A DNA stretch of 64,000 nt, taken from NCBI GenBank assembly GCA_965645245.1, contig OZ287067.1:2232001-2296000 (forward strand), read 5' to 3'. The number at the start of each line of letters is the position of its first letter. Position 1 is the first letter of the stretch. This document shows, one piece after another, positions 25,261 to 36,359 of the stretch. A program made the position numbers and the translations under genes. The DNA comes from Massalongia carnosa (lineage: Eukaryota). A model generated the notes under the pieces. That model was not told where the DNA came from. It was given only the letters and a program-made list of their open reading frames with translations, and did not search any database.

Positions 25261-25597
25261 GTAGAGACCATGAATTCGATGGATTGGTATATTTAAACAA
25301 AGTTTGGTCGCAAAAATAAGGCTCTCCTAAATCGGATTATCTTGTCTCCGATGGGATCTTCTCAGCTATTGCCAGTGTCGTTAGACTGGGGTGTAGCACT
25401 AAAAGTAGATACAATGTTAGCGCCACCGCTCGCCATTCCTCGAATGATTATCTAATCGCGATACGCGTTTTACCTATTCCTATTCGGGGAATTCATCAAT
25501 GAGAAAGCGATCACGTTCATATCCAAAGCTCTTTCCATCTATCGCCATTCCATCAATAGGAAAGAGCGACTGCAAGTTTATTTTTCATCATATTAAA

Positions 25598-28283
25598 ATG
25601 AATCGGTCAGGTAAGTCAGATTGTTGTTTGGTTTCCCCGGAATACATGAAGTCGACCTTTGGATCAACCGTGCTTATGCGCATTATGTCCATGCAATTGC
25701 CCATGTGAATATGACTTCCTTAAGCTCGCCAGAACATCATCAAGTGGGCGCTCAGTTACCGAAGCTTCCATCGACGCCTTTGCCCAAACAACAAGGCTCC
25801 GTTTTCAAGCTGGTGATCGAGGAAGCTAGTCCCAAGCGTGTTCGTAACCTGCGAAATGGTCCTTCATTATCAGACTCCCTGGTTGTCAACGCCTCACTGA
25901 CTCTAGACTATACGGCTTCCGGGTTGCTAAAACCAACGGACTATGTATCCCATCGAAGAGGCCCGGCCAACCAGCGAGCTTTTAATCCGCCAAGAGCCCC
26001 TCGATCGAACTTTGCTAGGGCTCGCGCGCGTCAAGCCAAAGGCGGCTCAAATGCTAATCATATTTCACCACATCTAGGCCCCGCTCCTCAGCCTTTACGG
26101 TTTCCTGGATTTGCAGCGCAGCAAGCACCGCAGAATCGAAATGCGCCTCTAGTTTCTGGAAGGTTACAGAACACAAAATTAGGTGTGTAATTAGCAGCTG
26201 GCATATTTCTAATGCTGATTGCTTACTAATCTTCTATGACTTTTCCAGGTAATGGTACGAGCTGGGGATTTGGGGCTGCAATAAATGGTGCGTCAGGGTT
26301 ACCATCAGCACAGTCAAGGCAACCTGGAGCAGCTAGTAGCAATTTTGTGGGCGGCTCGCAGCCGGCCACGCCCCTTGATCTATCGTAAGTTCTGTATTAG
26401 CATGCAAACTCATCTCTTTCTTCAAACTGTTATTTCACCTATCAGAGGCGCTGCCATGGTTTATTAGCGCTAAGATGGGTTCGATATCTGTAATTTTAGA
26501 GAATTTCCATCATTGTCTGGTGCACCTCAGCCTCAGTATTCCAACCCCAGTCAAGCCATTTGGGCAAATGCCAATCAAAGAGCCATACAACACACGCCAG
26601 TTCAGCGACCTCAGCAACAACATCCTGTCAACCCCCAACCTGTTAGCCAACCCCAACAACAACAGCAGAGCCATCAACCCCAAGACACATCACATCAGAA
26701 TAGCGCTGAATTATTCTCCCCCACTTCGCGATTTGCAAGTGGAATAGATGACTATCGTCATGGCGGCCAAGGCGGCGTGGGCCAGCTATCCGGATCAGGG
26801 CAGCCTCAAACGGGCAATATCGAAGAGTTTCCGCCTTTAGGGAGAAACGGTAATGACGACGCAGGCCATGATCAGAGAGGCAGTTTAATACAGAACGCAG
26901 CGTTTGGTGGGTTTTCCACGGCAAGCACCTTTATCCTACCGCCTAATGCAACTCACACCCGGCATGGATTACCAAATACTTCGAGTAGCCAAGCAGATAC
27001 CACTAGATCTTCTACATTAGCCAATAGGAGTTTGTCACCAAGCAACCGAGGTTTCGGGGGTGCGTAGAGTTTCTCCTTTGGGTAGGAAGGTATGATATTG
27101 ATAAGCCTCTTGCAGCCGCAGCGGCTCGTTCTCCAGCCGAGTCAACCAGAGTAAGCCAAAATGGAGGTTCTGAACATGAGCAGAATGTGAGAAGTCGGTC
27201 CATGGGGTGCAGATTCGGTCAACTCTAATATTTCTTACCAGCTCCTTTCCATGGGAAAATTGGTCCAACACGGCGGACATAATCTCAATTCACTGCTGCA
27301 GACGTTTCATGAGCCGCAGATGGCTGCTCAACAACCATCGGCTCAATCTCAATCACAAGTAACACGACCACAACAGGGGTACGCCGCTGGAACTGGTGAA
27401 TCTCCCGGAATGACTCACGCTCTGGATTTAACAGTATTTTCGCAAATGAATCCTGTCGATCGATTTGGTTTGGCCGGTTTGTTGGCCACCGTGAGAAGCG
27501 AAAATACAGATGTTGCAAACCTTGCAATCGGCCAAGACTTGACACAACTTGGACTTAATCTTAATTCGCCAGAGTAAGTCAAGGTACTTCATAGTGATTG
27601 TTGGCATGTAGAGGTTGATTACATCTGCAGGCCCTTATATCCAACATTTGCTGGACCTTTTGCAGAGTCAGGATCAAGGCCGATGCAACCCGATTTCTGT
27701 TTACCCGAATGCTACACTGTTGGCAATGCTCATAAGGTTGTAGACAAGATACCAGGTTTCTCGGATGAGACCCTGTTTTGGATATTCTACACCCAGCCAC
27801 GAGATATACTCCAAGAACAGGCTGCAGCGGAGTTGTGAGGTCCTTTGGAGTAGCTGTGGGGCGAGCACCGCTGAATGTAAACAGAACCAGCCGGAATTGG
27901 AGGTATCATAAAGACCTCATGATGTGGGTGACCAAGGATCAGAGCTTGCCGGATCCTATCCCTATCAGCGCGGAGGCGGAAAAGGGGAGCTATGTGTTTT
28001 TCAATCATATGACGTGGAATCGGGTGCGGGTGAGTCTTGATTGCGAAGGTCTCTCTCTCGTTCGCATTTCAACACAGATTGCGATATTCGGTTAGGATAA
28101 TTAATTTCCTGGCGAGGTGTGCTTGAAACGCCAGCGAGAGGGGCCGGGCGAGGTTTTTTGAGGGTTTTTTTCCTCATATTGGGCTAACACATCAAGCAGT
28201 CGGAGTTTGTGCTTCACTATGACGCCTTAGACAATCACATTCCCGTGCGCAGCAGCATAGAAGGACGACAGGTGCCGTTTTGA
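25598..28283 (+). CDS. NOT2: CCR4-NOT subunit Not2 (NOT2/3/5 C-terminal domain; ~9 exons)
   Basis: MNRSG|PAPQPLR..., LDLS|EFPSLSG, EEFPPLG, DRFGLAGLL...LAIGQDLTQLGLNLNSPE|PLYPTFAGPF...PDFCLPECY...FSDETLFWIFYTQPRDILQEQAAAEL|TSRNWRYHK...GSYVFF...|SEFVLHYDALD. Confidence 0.92.
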
Positions 28284-28859
28284 AGGATCTAGGGGCTGGG
28301 GCTAGGGCTGGGCGGGTTTGTCATTTATACAGGCCAATTCGCTGCATGATGTATCAATAGCGAATGCTGACAAGTTCATGGTTCGAGAAAGCATTATTGT
28401 AAATCCGTTGGGGCGGAAGGACTTCGGGATGAAACAAACAAGCTCGAAGTAAATTATTTTCAACAGCTACAATCAGATTTATACTTAACCGCCGCAAAGA
28501 GGGGGGGGGTTCAAATTCAAAAAGGTCACGTTTTTGTATCTCAATTGACTTTTTCCTTTTTCCTTTTTCGATTTTTTTATACATCATCGTTACCTTTCTG
28601 ATTTATTTCCTACGCGCAAGTAACAAGGGAGGGGAAGGGACCATTGTTTTGCTGCATTTCATGTTTCATCCGAAATTCTGAAAGTCGATTCGAAAGAACC
28701 AACTGCAACTTTTTATTTTCTTCCCCCTCTTTTTTGGAGGGGGGGGGAATTGACTTTAGCGAGAGGGGCAAAAAAAGGGGGGCAGGTATGTAACCCCTTC
28801 AGAAAGGGGAAGCCGTAAGATTGGGAAAGGGGGGAAATGGAAAGTGGGACAGGTGGGGG

Positions 28860-28893
28860 GAGAGAGGGAGAGAGAGAGAGGAGAGACAGAGAG

Positions 28894-28927
<34 letters not shown>
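28860..28927. repeat. (GA)n-rich microsatellite
   Basis: Imperfect GA run in the NOT2/hydrolase convergent intergenic region; (TCA)n and a long poly-T follow. Confidence 0.9.
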
Positions 28928-29449
28928 AACGGGAATTTAAAATACTGTTCCTCCGTGCCGTTCTTGATGTCGTCATCATCATCATCATCATTGATGAACA
29001 ATCAATTTAATCGATCAATCAAACAAACAAACAATCAGACAAAAACCATCCTCTCTCTCTTTTCGCGCACGAAAGAAGGAAAGAAAGCTTCGGAAATTTC
29101 GATTTCGCTTTTTCCGATCGCGATTGCGACACGACGATATATGAGAGTATTAGGTAGTTGTCGTTATCGTTTGTGGGAGTGGGCTGAAGATTATTGCATT
29201 TACTGCGTGTTGCATTACTGCGGATGAAGAAGAGATAGGTAACTAAGTACTTTGATTTGGGATTGGACGTTTTTTTTTTTTTTTTTTTTTTGCTTGGGGA
29301 GTTAGAGGGGGAGTGATCGTTGCTCTTATCTATCTAGTTATTTATCAATCTAGCTAGGGGGAATTTTTGTCTTGGCGCCTCGATCTTTCTCTCTCTCTCA
29401 CACACAATATCTATAGAAGAAAATAAAGAGAAATTAGGAAATCCGAACA

Positions 29450-31230
29450 TCACCACCCCCCGTCCCGCACCCGAAAGCGGTACTCCTCCCCGCGATCGAG
29501 GTAGACCACCTTATCGTCCAGCCCGGCCTCCTTCATCTCGCGCCTGAAATCCTCCAGCGGGGAGAGCATGACGTCGTAATCGCTAGTTTGTGGGGGTATA
29601 GTTAGCCAATTTTCTCCAGATCATAACTTGATCGAGGATTCATTCTCTCGCCTCGGCTTGAGGGAGGATACGCCCCCCATTGCTTGTTGAATAGGACTTT
29701 TTTTTTCGAAAAAGAGAAAGGGAAGAAGAGCGAGAACTTACTCGTAATGCACGGGCACAGTCACGTCGGGGTTAATTAAGCGCACAAGCTGTACTCCTTG
29801 CTTTGCGTCCATGGTGACCATTAATAAAGGCATGGAGGGTGAGGGAATGGTGGTGCCGCCAAGGTGCACTAGCATTAAGTCTACGTCACGGCCTACGTAG
29901 CGGGTGGGGATTTCGGAAAGCTCGGGGACGAGGAGGGTGTCGCCTGATATGTAGATTCTGTTGGGTGTTGGGAAGAGGGGGGGAGGAGCGAGGTCAGCGA
30001 GTTGGATATTGGTGGTGAGTTGTGGGTAATTAGAGTTGCCGGGTGGGGGGGGGTTGAATCAGATAACGTGAAAGGGGCTATGGAATGGCTAAGGGGGTGA
30101 AGGGTTTGAATGGTTTTACCGATAGCCAGACTCAAACTTTTCGCCTGCGGTGCGATATCCCAGCTCAATCATCCAGCCATTCGTTGGGGGAACCTGCCCC
30201 TTTGGTTAGTTCCCGCTCCACCTTAAGGTAATCTCCGTGCATTGGAAAATGAGCATGGAAAAGATTGAACTTACAGCCTTCACTAAATCATTCAAGGTCC
30301 CCAGAGCCCCTGGAGGAACATGTTTACCCGGCATCCCGGTAACCTTGATCGCCGGCTGGTTTGTTCTGCCAGGAGCCTCGGATTCAACATTAATGAGCAA
30401 GTCGTCGAAGAAATCCAGAGCGTGCACGGCGGTGAAAGCTTCGGCCTCTGGCTTGTTGTGCACCAGATGCTGTTTGGCGTGCGGGGTAGTAATGATTGGT
30501 AGATCGCGGCGAAGGGATTGTTCGACTTCTCGGTCAAAATGGTCTCTGGAGACATGGATGAAATGGGAAGATTCAGTCTTTCATGTTAAGCTGGAGAATG
30601 TATACTCCTTATTTTCTTGTCTGTGCAATTTGTGGAGTTCTAAGGGATGCAGGAAAAAAGAGTGGAAGTATTACTCATGGTAGTGGGATAGACAGATTAG
30701 ATCGATTCGTGGGAGATCGTGGAGATCGACGGCGGGATTGGTAAGTCTGGTGCTTGTTACCTGTACAAGGCTGCGATTAGAAAAGAGAGCGTTGTGGTTT
30801 TAAGAGGTGAGTGGCTAGTTACCCCAGGTCCGAGATGCACGTGATCTCCTGCATGCAAGAAGTTCTGTTCTCCAAGTGAGCCTATGATTCTTCCCTTATA
30901 TGCATGGTTTTCTTTCCAAATGTCACAGGGTCACCCTTACTGGATCGGTCATGAGCCGGATACCTTCCCATTCTCTGATGTTGCTGTTAGTGAGTACTTG
31001 AGTTGAAAAAACCCAAAAAAAAACCAAAAATACAATGATGGCATATGCGCCACGTACAAAATAGTGGTCGCGGTGCCCACAAAGTAGAGACTGGCGTTTT
31101 CATTGCCTGCCCTGCGCGGATGTAGCATTGTCTCTTTGGCTTCGGGGAGGGAGTCTGCCAGCGGTTGTTCGGCGGGGTGATCTCGGGTCGCATGCTGCAA
31201 GTGATCGGTATTGATAGCTATCTGCTTCAT
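29450..31230 (-). CDS. Metallo-beta-lactamase-fold Zn-dependent hydrolase (8 exons)
   Basis: Spliced motifs YFVGTATTIL|EWEGIRLMTDP|NFLHAGDHVHLGPG|...LPRIDLICLSHYHE|DHFD, GMPGKH, IYISGDTL, HLGG, TMDAKQG, PVHYD|DYDVMLSPL. Confidence 0.88.
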
Positions 31231-32036
31231 GATTCTTTGTATGAGCCGGGTTTAGCAGGGAATACCTCTCCAAAAAGCCTTTTCAATGTAACGATGGCAA
31301 TATGTTTAATGATGGGGAAGGTTTCTCCTCCACGGCTATTTTGTTCCGCTATCCTGATGACGACAGCGTTCTCACCCGAGGCGGGGATAATCACAGCAAC
31401 GTCATCGGGGCCACCATTGCCACAAAGAAGCCCTCGACTGTGGCTGTGAAGAGAACGAAATACACCATGGGGCGGGTTACTCGAGAGCCTGTATCATCCT
31501 AACGAAACAATTGATAAAAATAACTTGTCAGAATGAACGCCCAGGAATTCAATTCTTTAGCAAACAGCATTGAAATCCATCAAATGCCGCTCATCTTCCC
31601 ATGAAGAAAAGCCGCTTGCGCATATGTATGATGTTCTTGACTGTCTTACCCCAGCCGTTTTCCTGGGGCCAAACCTCCATACACTTCGCTAAGTCGTGTG
31701 GTTGATATCGGGCGTCAGCCATTTTCATAAACACCATCTCTTACTGTGGGTTTACCCCAACTCGTGGCACCAGACGTATGACTACGTCAGTGCTTGAGTT
31801 GGATGGTAAAGTTGTTCTATTAGCTAGTAGCGAGCGTGGGCTATATAGGCGTGTGCCCCTTTTCGGGGTCGCGTGGCTGGCTAGGCGTCCCGTGCCTAAC
31901 AGTGACGAAGGCCTTAATAGCCTCTAGTCGTGCCCACAGCCCGTTCTATCTACTAGTGCTACTAACACTTACTGATATATACACCACGAACCTCTCTACT
32001 TTGACATGTATTCCCAAAAGTAAGATCTTACCGAAA

Positions 32037-34172
32037 TTAGACATCACTTTCTTCGCGCTCCTCCCTCGTAACGTTGCTTAGCTCCTCCTCTAATTCTTGC
32101 TTAACAGAGCTAATCGTCCCAACTCCCCCATAGACGAACGCGGTGTAGAGCATCGCCACCTGTGCACCGGCCTCGAGCACGGCCAATGCTTGCGTACCGT
32201 TGGTAATGCCGCCTGACGCGAAGATAACTTTGCGTTTGGGGGCCTCCACTCCTAAACCTGGTGATGATGGAAGTATCGTAGGGCTGGGAATGGTGCTGGG
32301 CTGCGATGGAGAGAGCTGGTCAAGCTGCGCAGAGACTGACGACGCAGAGGAATCTGGATTCGAGGTGTCGGAGGATGGATTATTGTATGATGGTTGTCGG
32401 AATAGAGGCTGGGATTCTGCTTCGATTCCTGCGCTTTCTGTAGGGTCGTTGAAATGTTTGAGCTCCTGCTCGACTGTAGTCACTAGCTGGTTGATCCGTT
32501 GTGAGTTAACGTCAACTTTTGGTGAAATCTCTTCAGCCGATTCTGATGGGTTGGCCGTGCCCGACGTGCTGTGAGGCGAATGCAAAGACTGCGGCTTGCT
32601 ATACACGGAATCATCGAGGGTTTTCCGATATCGCTTTACGAGCGCCTTGGTCCTATTAAACAGCTGTGGGCCTGAATAACCTCCTTGCTCTGCCATTACA
32701 GCTGCCTCTCGAGTTGAAAGACGACATCCAAGTGGAAACGGATCAGGTCTTCTTGTAGTCGTATTGCTTGAACGTAATCAGAGGCCTCGTTGATTACTAA
32801 CAAATATAATAGAATCTACCTTACGATGACCCCATCTATATCCGAGGCACTTATGGCGTCACAAATACCCGAAACTTGTTCATCGGAGTCTTCGTCGGGG
32901 CTGACCTACTGTTTTTTAGTTTTGGGATTTCCATCTTCACCGCGTAGAGCTCACCTTGACCATCACGGCAGGTCTTTTCTTTCGATTTACCTTTTTCGTT
33001 GCTTCCACCACACCCGTAAGGATGTCTGTCAACAAATCTGCGCTCTGAAAAGCTCTTAAACCTGGTGTATTCGGACTGGACACCTTTGGAGAGTGTTAAC
33101 TGCGTGGTAAAAAGTGCACTCCGTCGTTGCTTACGTTGACCACAATTATGTCCGCGTATCTGGCTAAAGCCTCAACGCAGTACACATAATCTGCCTTAAC
33201 AGCCTCAATATCGTCATCCGGCGTGAGTTTATTCTTGGCAACCTGGACAGCCAACAATTTCCCCTCAACCAGAGACCCTGGAGGTACGCCCGCTTCTCCA
33301 TCTAGAACCCTTTGCTCCGCGTCTTCACCAATACCAAAACCACTGGCATAGGCATACTCTCGAGCTCGCTGACGCAACCGTATCGCCATGTCGTCTGCTC
33401 CTTGGGAGTTCAAACCGTAACGATTGACCAACGCTGGGAGACATTCTTAGCCCAAGAAAGGGGAATCGCCGGGAAGATGCTCGTCATACTATTTTGAGAA
33501 GGCACGCGAAACACCCGAGGTTTGGGGTTACCCTCTTGAGGCAACGGAGTCACACCGCCGACTTCTACGATACTAGCTCCAAGGGCGAAAAGTGGACTTG
33601 GGATGTCGGCATTCTTGTCCAGCCCAGCGGAAATACCGATTGGATTTGTAAGCCTATGTCCAAAGACCTGCTCACGTTTTTAAACCTTCAACTCATTCGC
33701 CTTAAAAGGCCCATTGATTATGTCTCACCACAACTTCTAGATCCCCTCCGTCCACACCTCTATCTCGGGGATGTAGGCCAAAATCGTAAAGCCCCTTTAG
33801 TACCTTCACCGCTACCTCGTGCGCCACCTCTGCGTCATCGTATGTCCATCTTAGTAACGGAGCTAGAAGCCAATGATGAACGGCGGCCCTTGTGTCGGTG
33901 ATATAGTAGAGCCCGAGAGCAAAGAAAAGCCCGATGCTTGTGCCGAAAACAAGGTTTTGAATTCGTGTCACCAATGATTTAGTATCCGTTGCTGCTTCTC
34001 GTGATGTAGATGCAAAGCGTAGACCACTCGGATATCTGCGATGATATAGAGGTCTTGCTATTCTGCTGGGGAGAGGAGCAATAAAGGCGTGAAAATGTCG
34101 CAAGCGCTGCGGAAGTCCTGCGCGTAAAAGCAATCGCAATGGCCTGGCGTTCAATGGCGCAGAGAAGGCCAT
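32037..34172 (-). CDS. URA9: Mitochondrial dihydroorotate dehydrogenase (class 2; 6 exons)
   Basis: Targeting peptide plus TM helix, [96 protein letters not shown]. Confidence 0.95.
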
Positions 34173-34798
34173 GTTGATGGATCCGAAAGGTCTACCTCGT
34201 CCATACTCCACAGATTGAGGGAAGGTGGATTTAAATGCACGGGCCTCCGTCCCTGATAGCAGAGAACACCGTCAGCCACAGTGGCACAAGGCTTACCCAC
34301 TTTCCACTCGAGCCACGTGACTTTAATCCAACCCATTTTACGATCTAGGGTGGAACCTCGGTTTACGAAAGTGGTGTGACATACCGCCGAGCGAAGTGTC
34401 TATGTGGAACTGAGGAAAGTTGCTCGATAAGGTTCTACTACAAAGCATACTACAAAGCATTTTCCCAGTGATTAGGAGCTGCGAAGCATAGGTAAATTTC
34501 TAAAGTCAGCCAAACAAAGTGCCTCAGCCAGATCTAAGTTAAGCATGTCGTCCACCCGTAGTAGACACAAAAATCCAAAGCGCCGCAAGCGAGCAATGCA
34601 AATGCTCAGATTGCCATCCTTAACTTGCATCATTTATTCGGAATATTGCTTTTCGTTGTATCTCTCATCTAATTCGGTGACGGTATCTCATCTATCATGT
34701 TTCTTCGTTCAGCCGGTAACTAAAGATATGGGTGTAGTAATGCAAGCGGTGGAATGAAATATGGCTGTCGACGGTGAAGAGGGAAGACTGTAGGAGCT

Positions 34799-36359
34799 CT
34801 AGACTTTTGCGGGTAAATACGCCGGGTATCCTTGTGGCAAAGGGAAAGGCATGTGAGAGAAATCAAGCTCGGATTTGACAGGATGTTGAGCGCTATCGAT
34901 GCTGGAATGAAATTGGGGATTGCCGTAATCATCAGGTGTACTGGGCTGAAGGAGCGAAGACCAATCGATGTCGTTCCCGCGACCGTTCGATGATTCTAAT
35001 ATCTGGGGCAAAGATCCGCTCGTGTAGCTAGACCCAGCAGGGGCTCTGCTGCCTCCATTAAGTTCTAACGTTGGTCCACGGGAGCTTTGGCTAAACGGGG
35101 TATCGGAAGTAAAATGAGCTGCACGAGTTTCTTGCGAATACTGGAAGGGAGTTGCTGCACCGCTTGTCGTGATCGAATCCGGCGTGATCTGGCCCCCCGA
35201 GTAGGAGAAGCTATGGGGTTCATAACCAGAAGAGCTCGAGCCTCCATAGGCGCCTCTACTTCCCATAAGACCACTGCTACCTGGTTGCTTCACGCTGTTG
35301 GAGCGAGAGCCTCGGTTTGAGAGAGACTGGTTCTCATCTGGGTATCCTGATGAACCAAGTCCTAAAGTGCTCAAGTCAAACGAGGCGTTGATACCAGCGG
35401 GTGGAAAATCAGTTGTTCCCACGGACTGATCCAAACATAGCCCACGCGTTCGCTCACCCATAGATGGCTCCGTAGCGGCCTCGAGCTTCGACTTCTTGGT
35501 CGCTCGAGAGTGCGAAAGATGGTTCTCGCCTGTTGGATTGCCTCTTCGTACGGAGCATTTCTGAAAGTGGCGCTTTAGAATGTCGCTCCGGGAAAATGTC
35601 TCTCGACAGAGCCCACACGCGTAAGGTCGAACACCGGTATCTAATGCTTTGTTAGCCTTGTTTGCTTCCATCAGTTTCATAGGCCGTACGTCGTAACAGG
35701 TGGCGCTTCAGATGCTTGGCATGCAGATAGGTCTTGGTACAGTGCTCGCAGGGGAATTTCCCTTCTGCGTCTTTTGCGGGCACGTTAGCAGCCTTCTGGC
35801 TGTTCGTGTTACCAGCTGCAACCGCCGCTGGTCGCCCTACAGCGCTCGGAAGTATTCCCCTTCGACCTTGCGAACCGACCACATGAGTGGGCTGCAAATC
35901 TTGACCAGCCTGCAGCCGAAGCGAGGCAGATGACGACATCTGCTCATTCAGTCCACCCACTGGCATAGGACGTAGATCGGGCAATCGGCTATGGGAAGAG
36001 ACCGAAGGGTTGAACAGCTGATACGCTTGTGTACTCACCGGAAGTTGCGCGTTGGGGGCTTGCGAGGAAGGGTAGGAGCATGGAGGCTGAACGTTGGCCG
36101 AATTGGAGCTGTTGTACTGGGTCAAACCATGGGGCGTAAACGAGTATGCCGGGTAGGTCTCGGTGTGGCTAACAGAAGCTTGGTTTCTGTTGAGTAGAGG
36201 CGCCTGAGAAGTGCATTCATTTTGGTAGGGGAAAATGTAGTTATTGGACAACAATGGAGGTAGAGTCTGCGAAGGCGCGTAGGATCCGGCAACAGCAAAT
36301 GACGATCGACGGTTATCCGGTGGTTGGCTCGGTGCGTATACCGGGTACGATGACTCCAT
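34799..36359 (-). CDS. C2H2 zinc-finger transcription factor (probably RfeC-like; intron 35689-35641)
   Basis: PTHVVGSQGRRGILPSA motif, then two fingers FPCEHCTKTYLHAKHLKRHLLRH|TGVRPYACGLCRETFSRSDILKRHFQKCSVRRGNPTG. The RfeC label is from memory and unverified. Confidence 0.88.

Noticed and set aside
31353..31409. Hammerhead ribozyme or C/D snoRNA suggested by CTGATGA and a 10-bp inverted repeat
   Set aside because: No correctly placed GAAA core or D box. It lies in the hydrolase promoter and is better explained by TGACG half-sites and a GCGGGG site.
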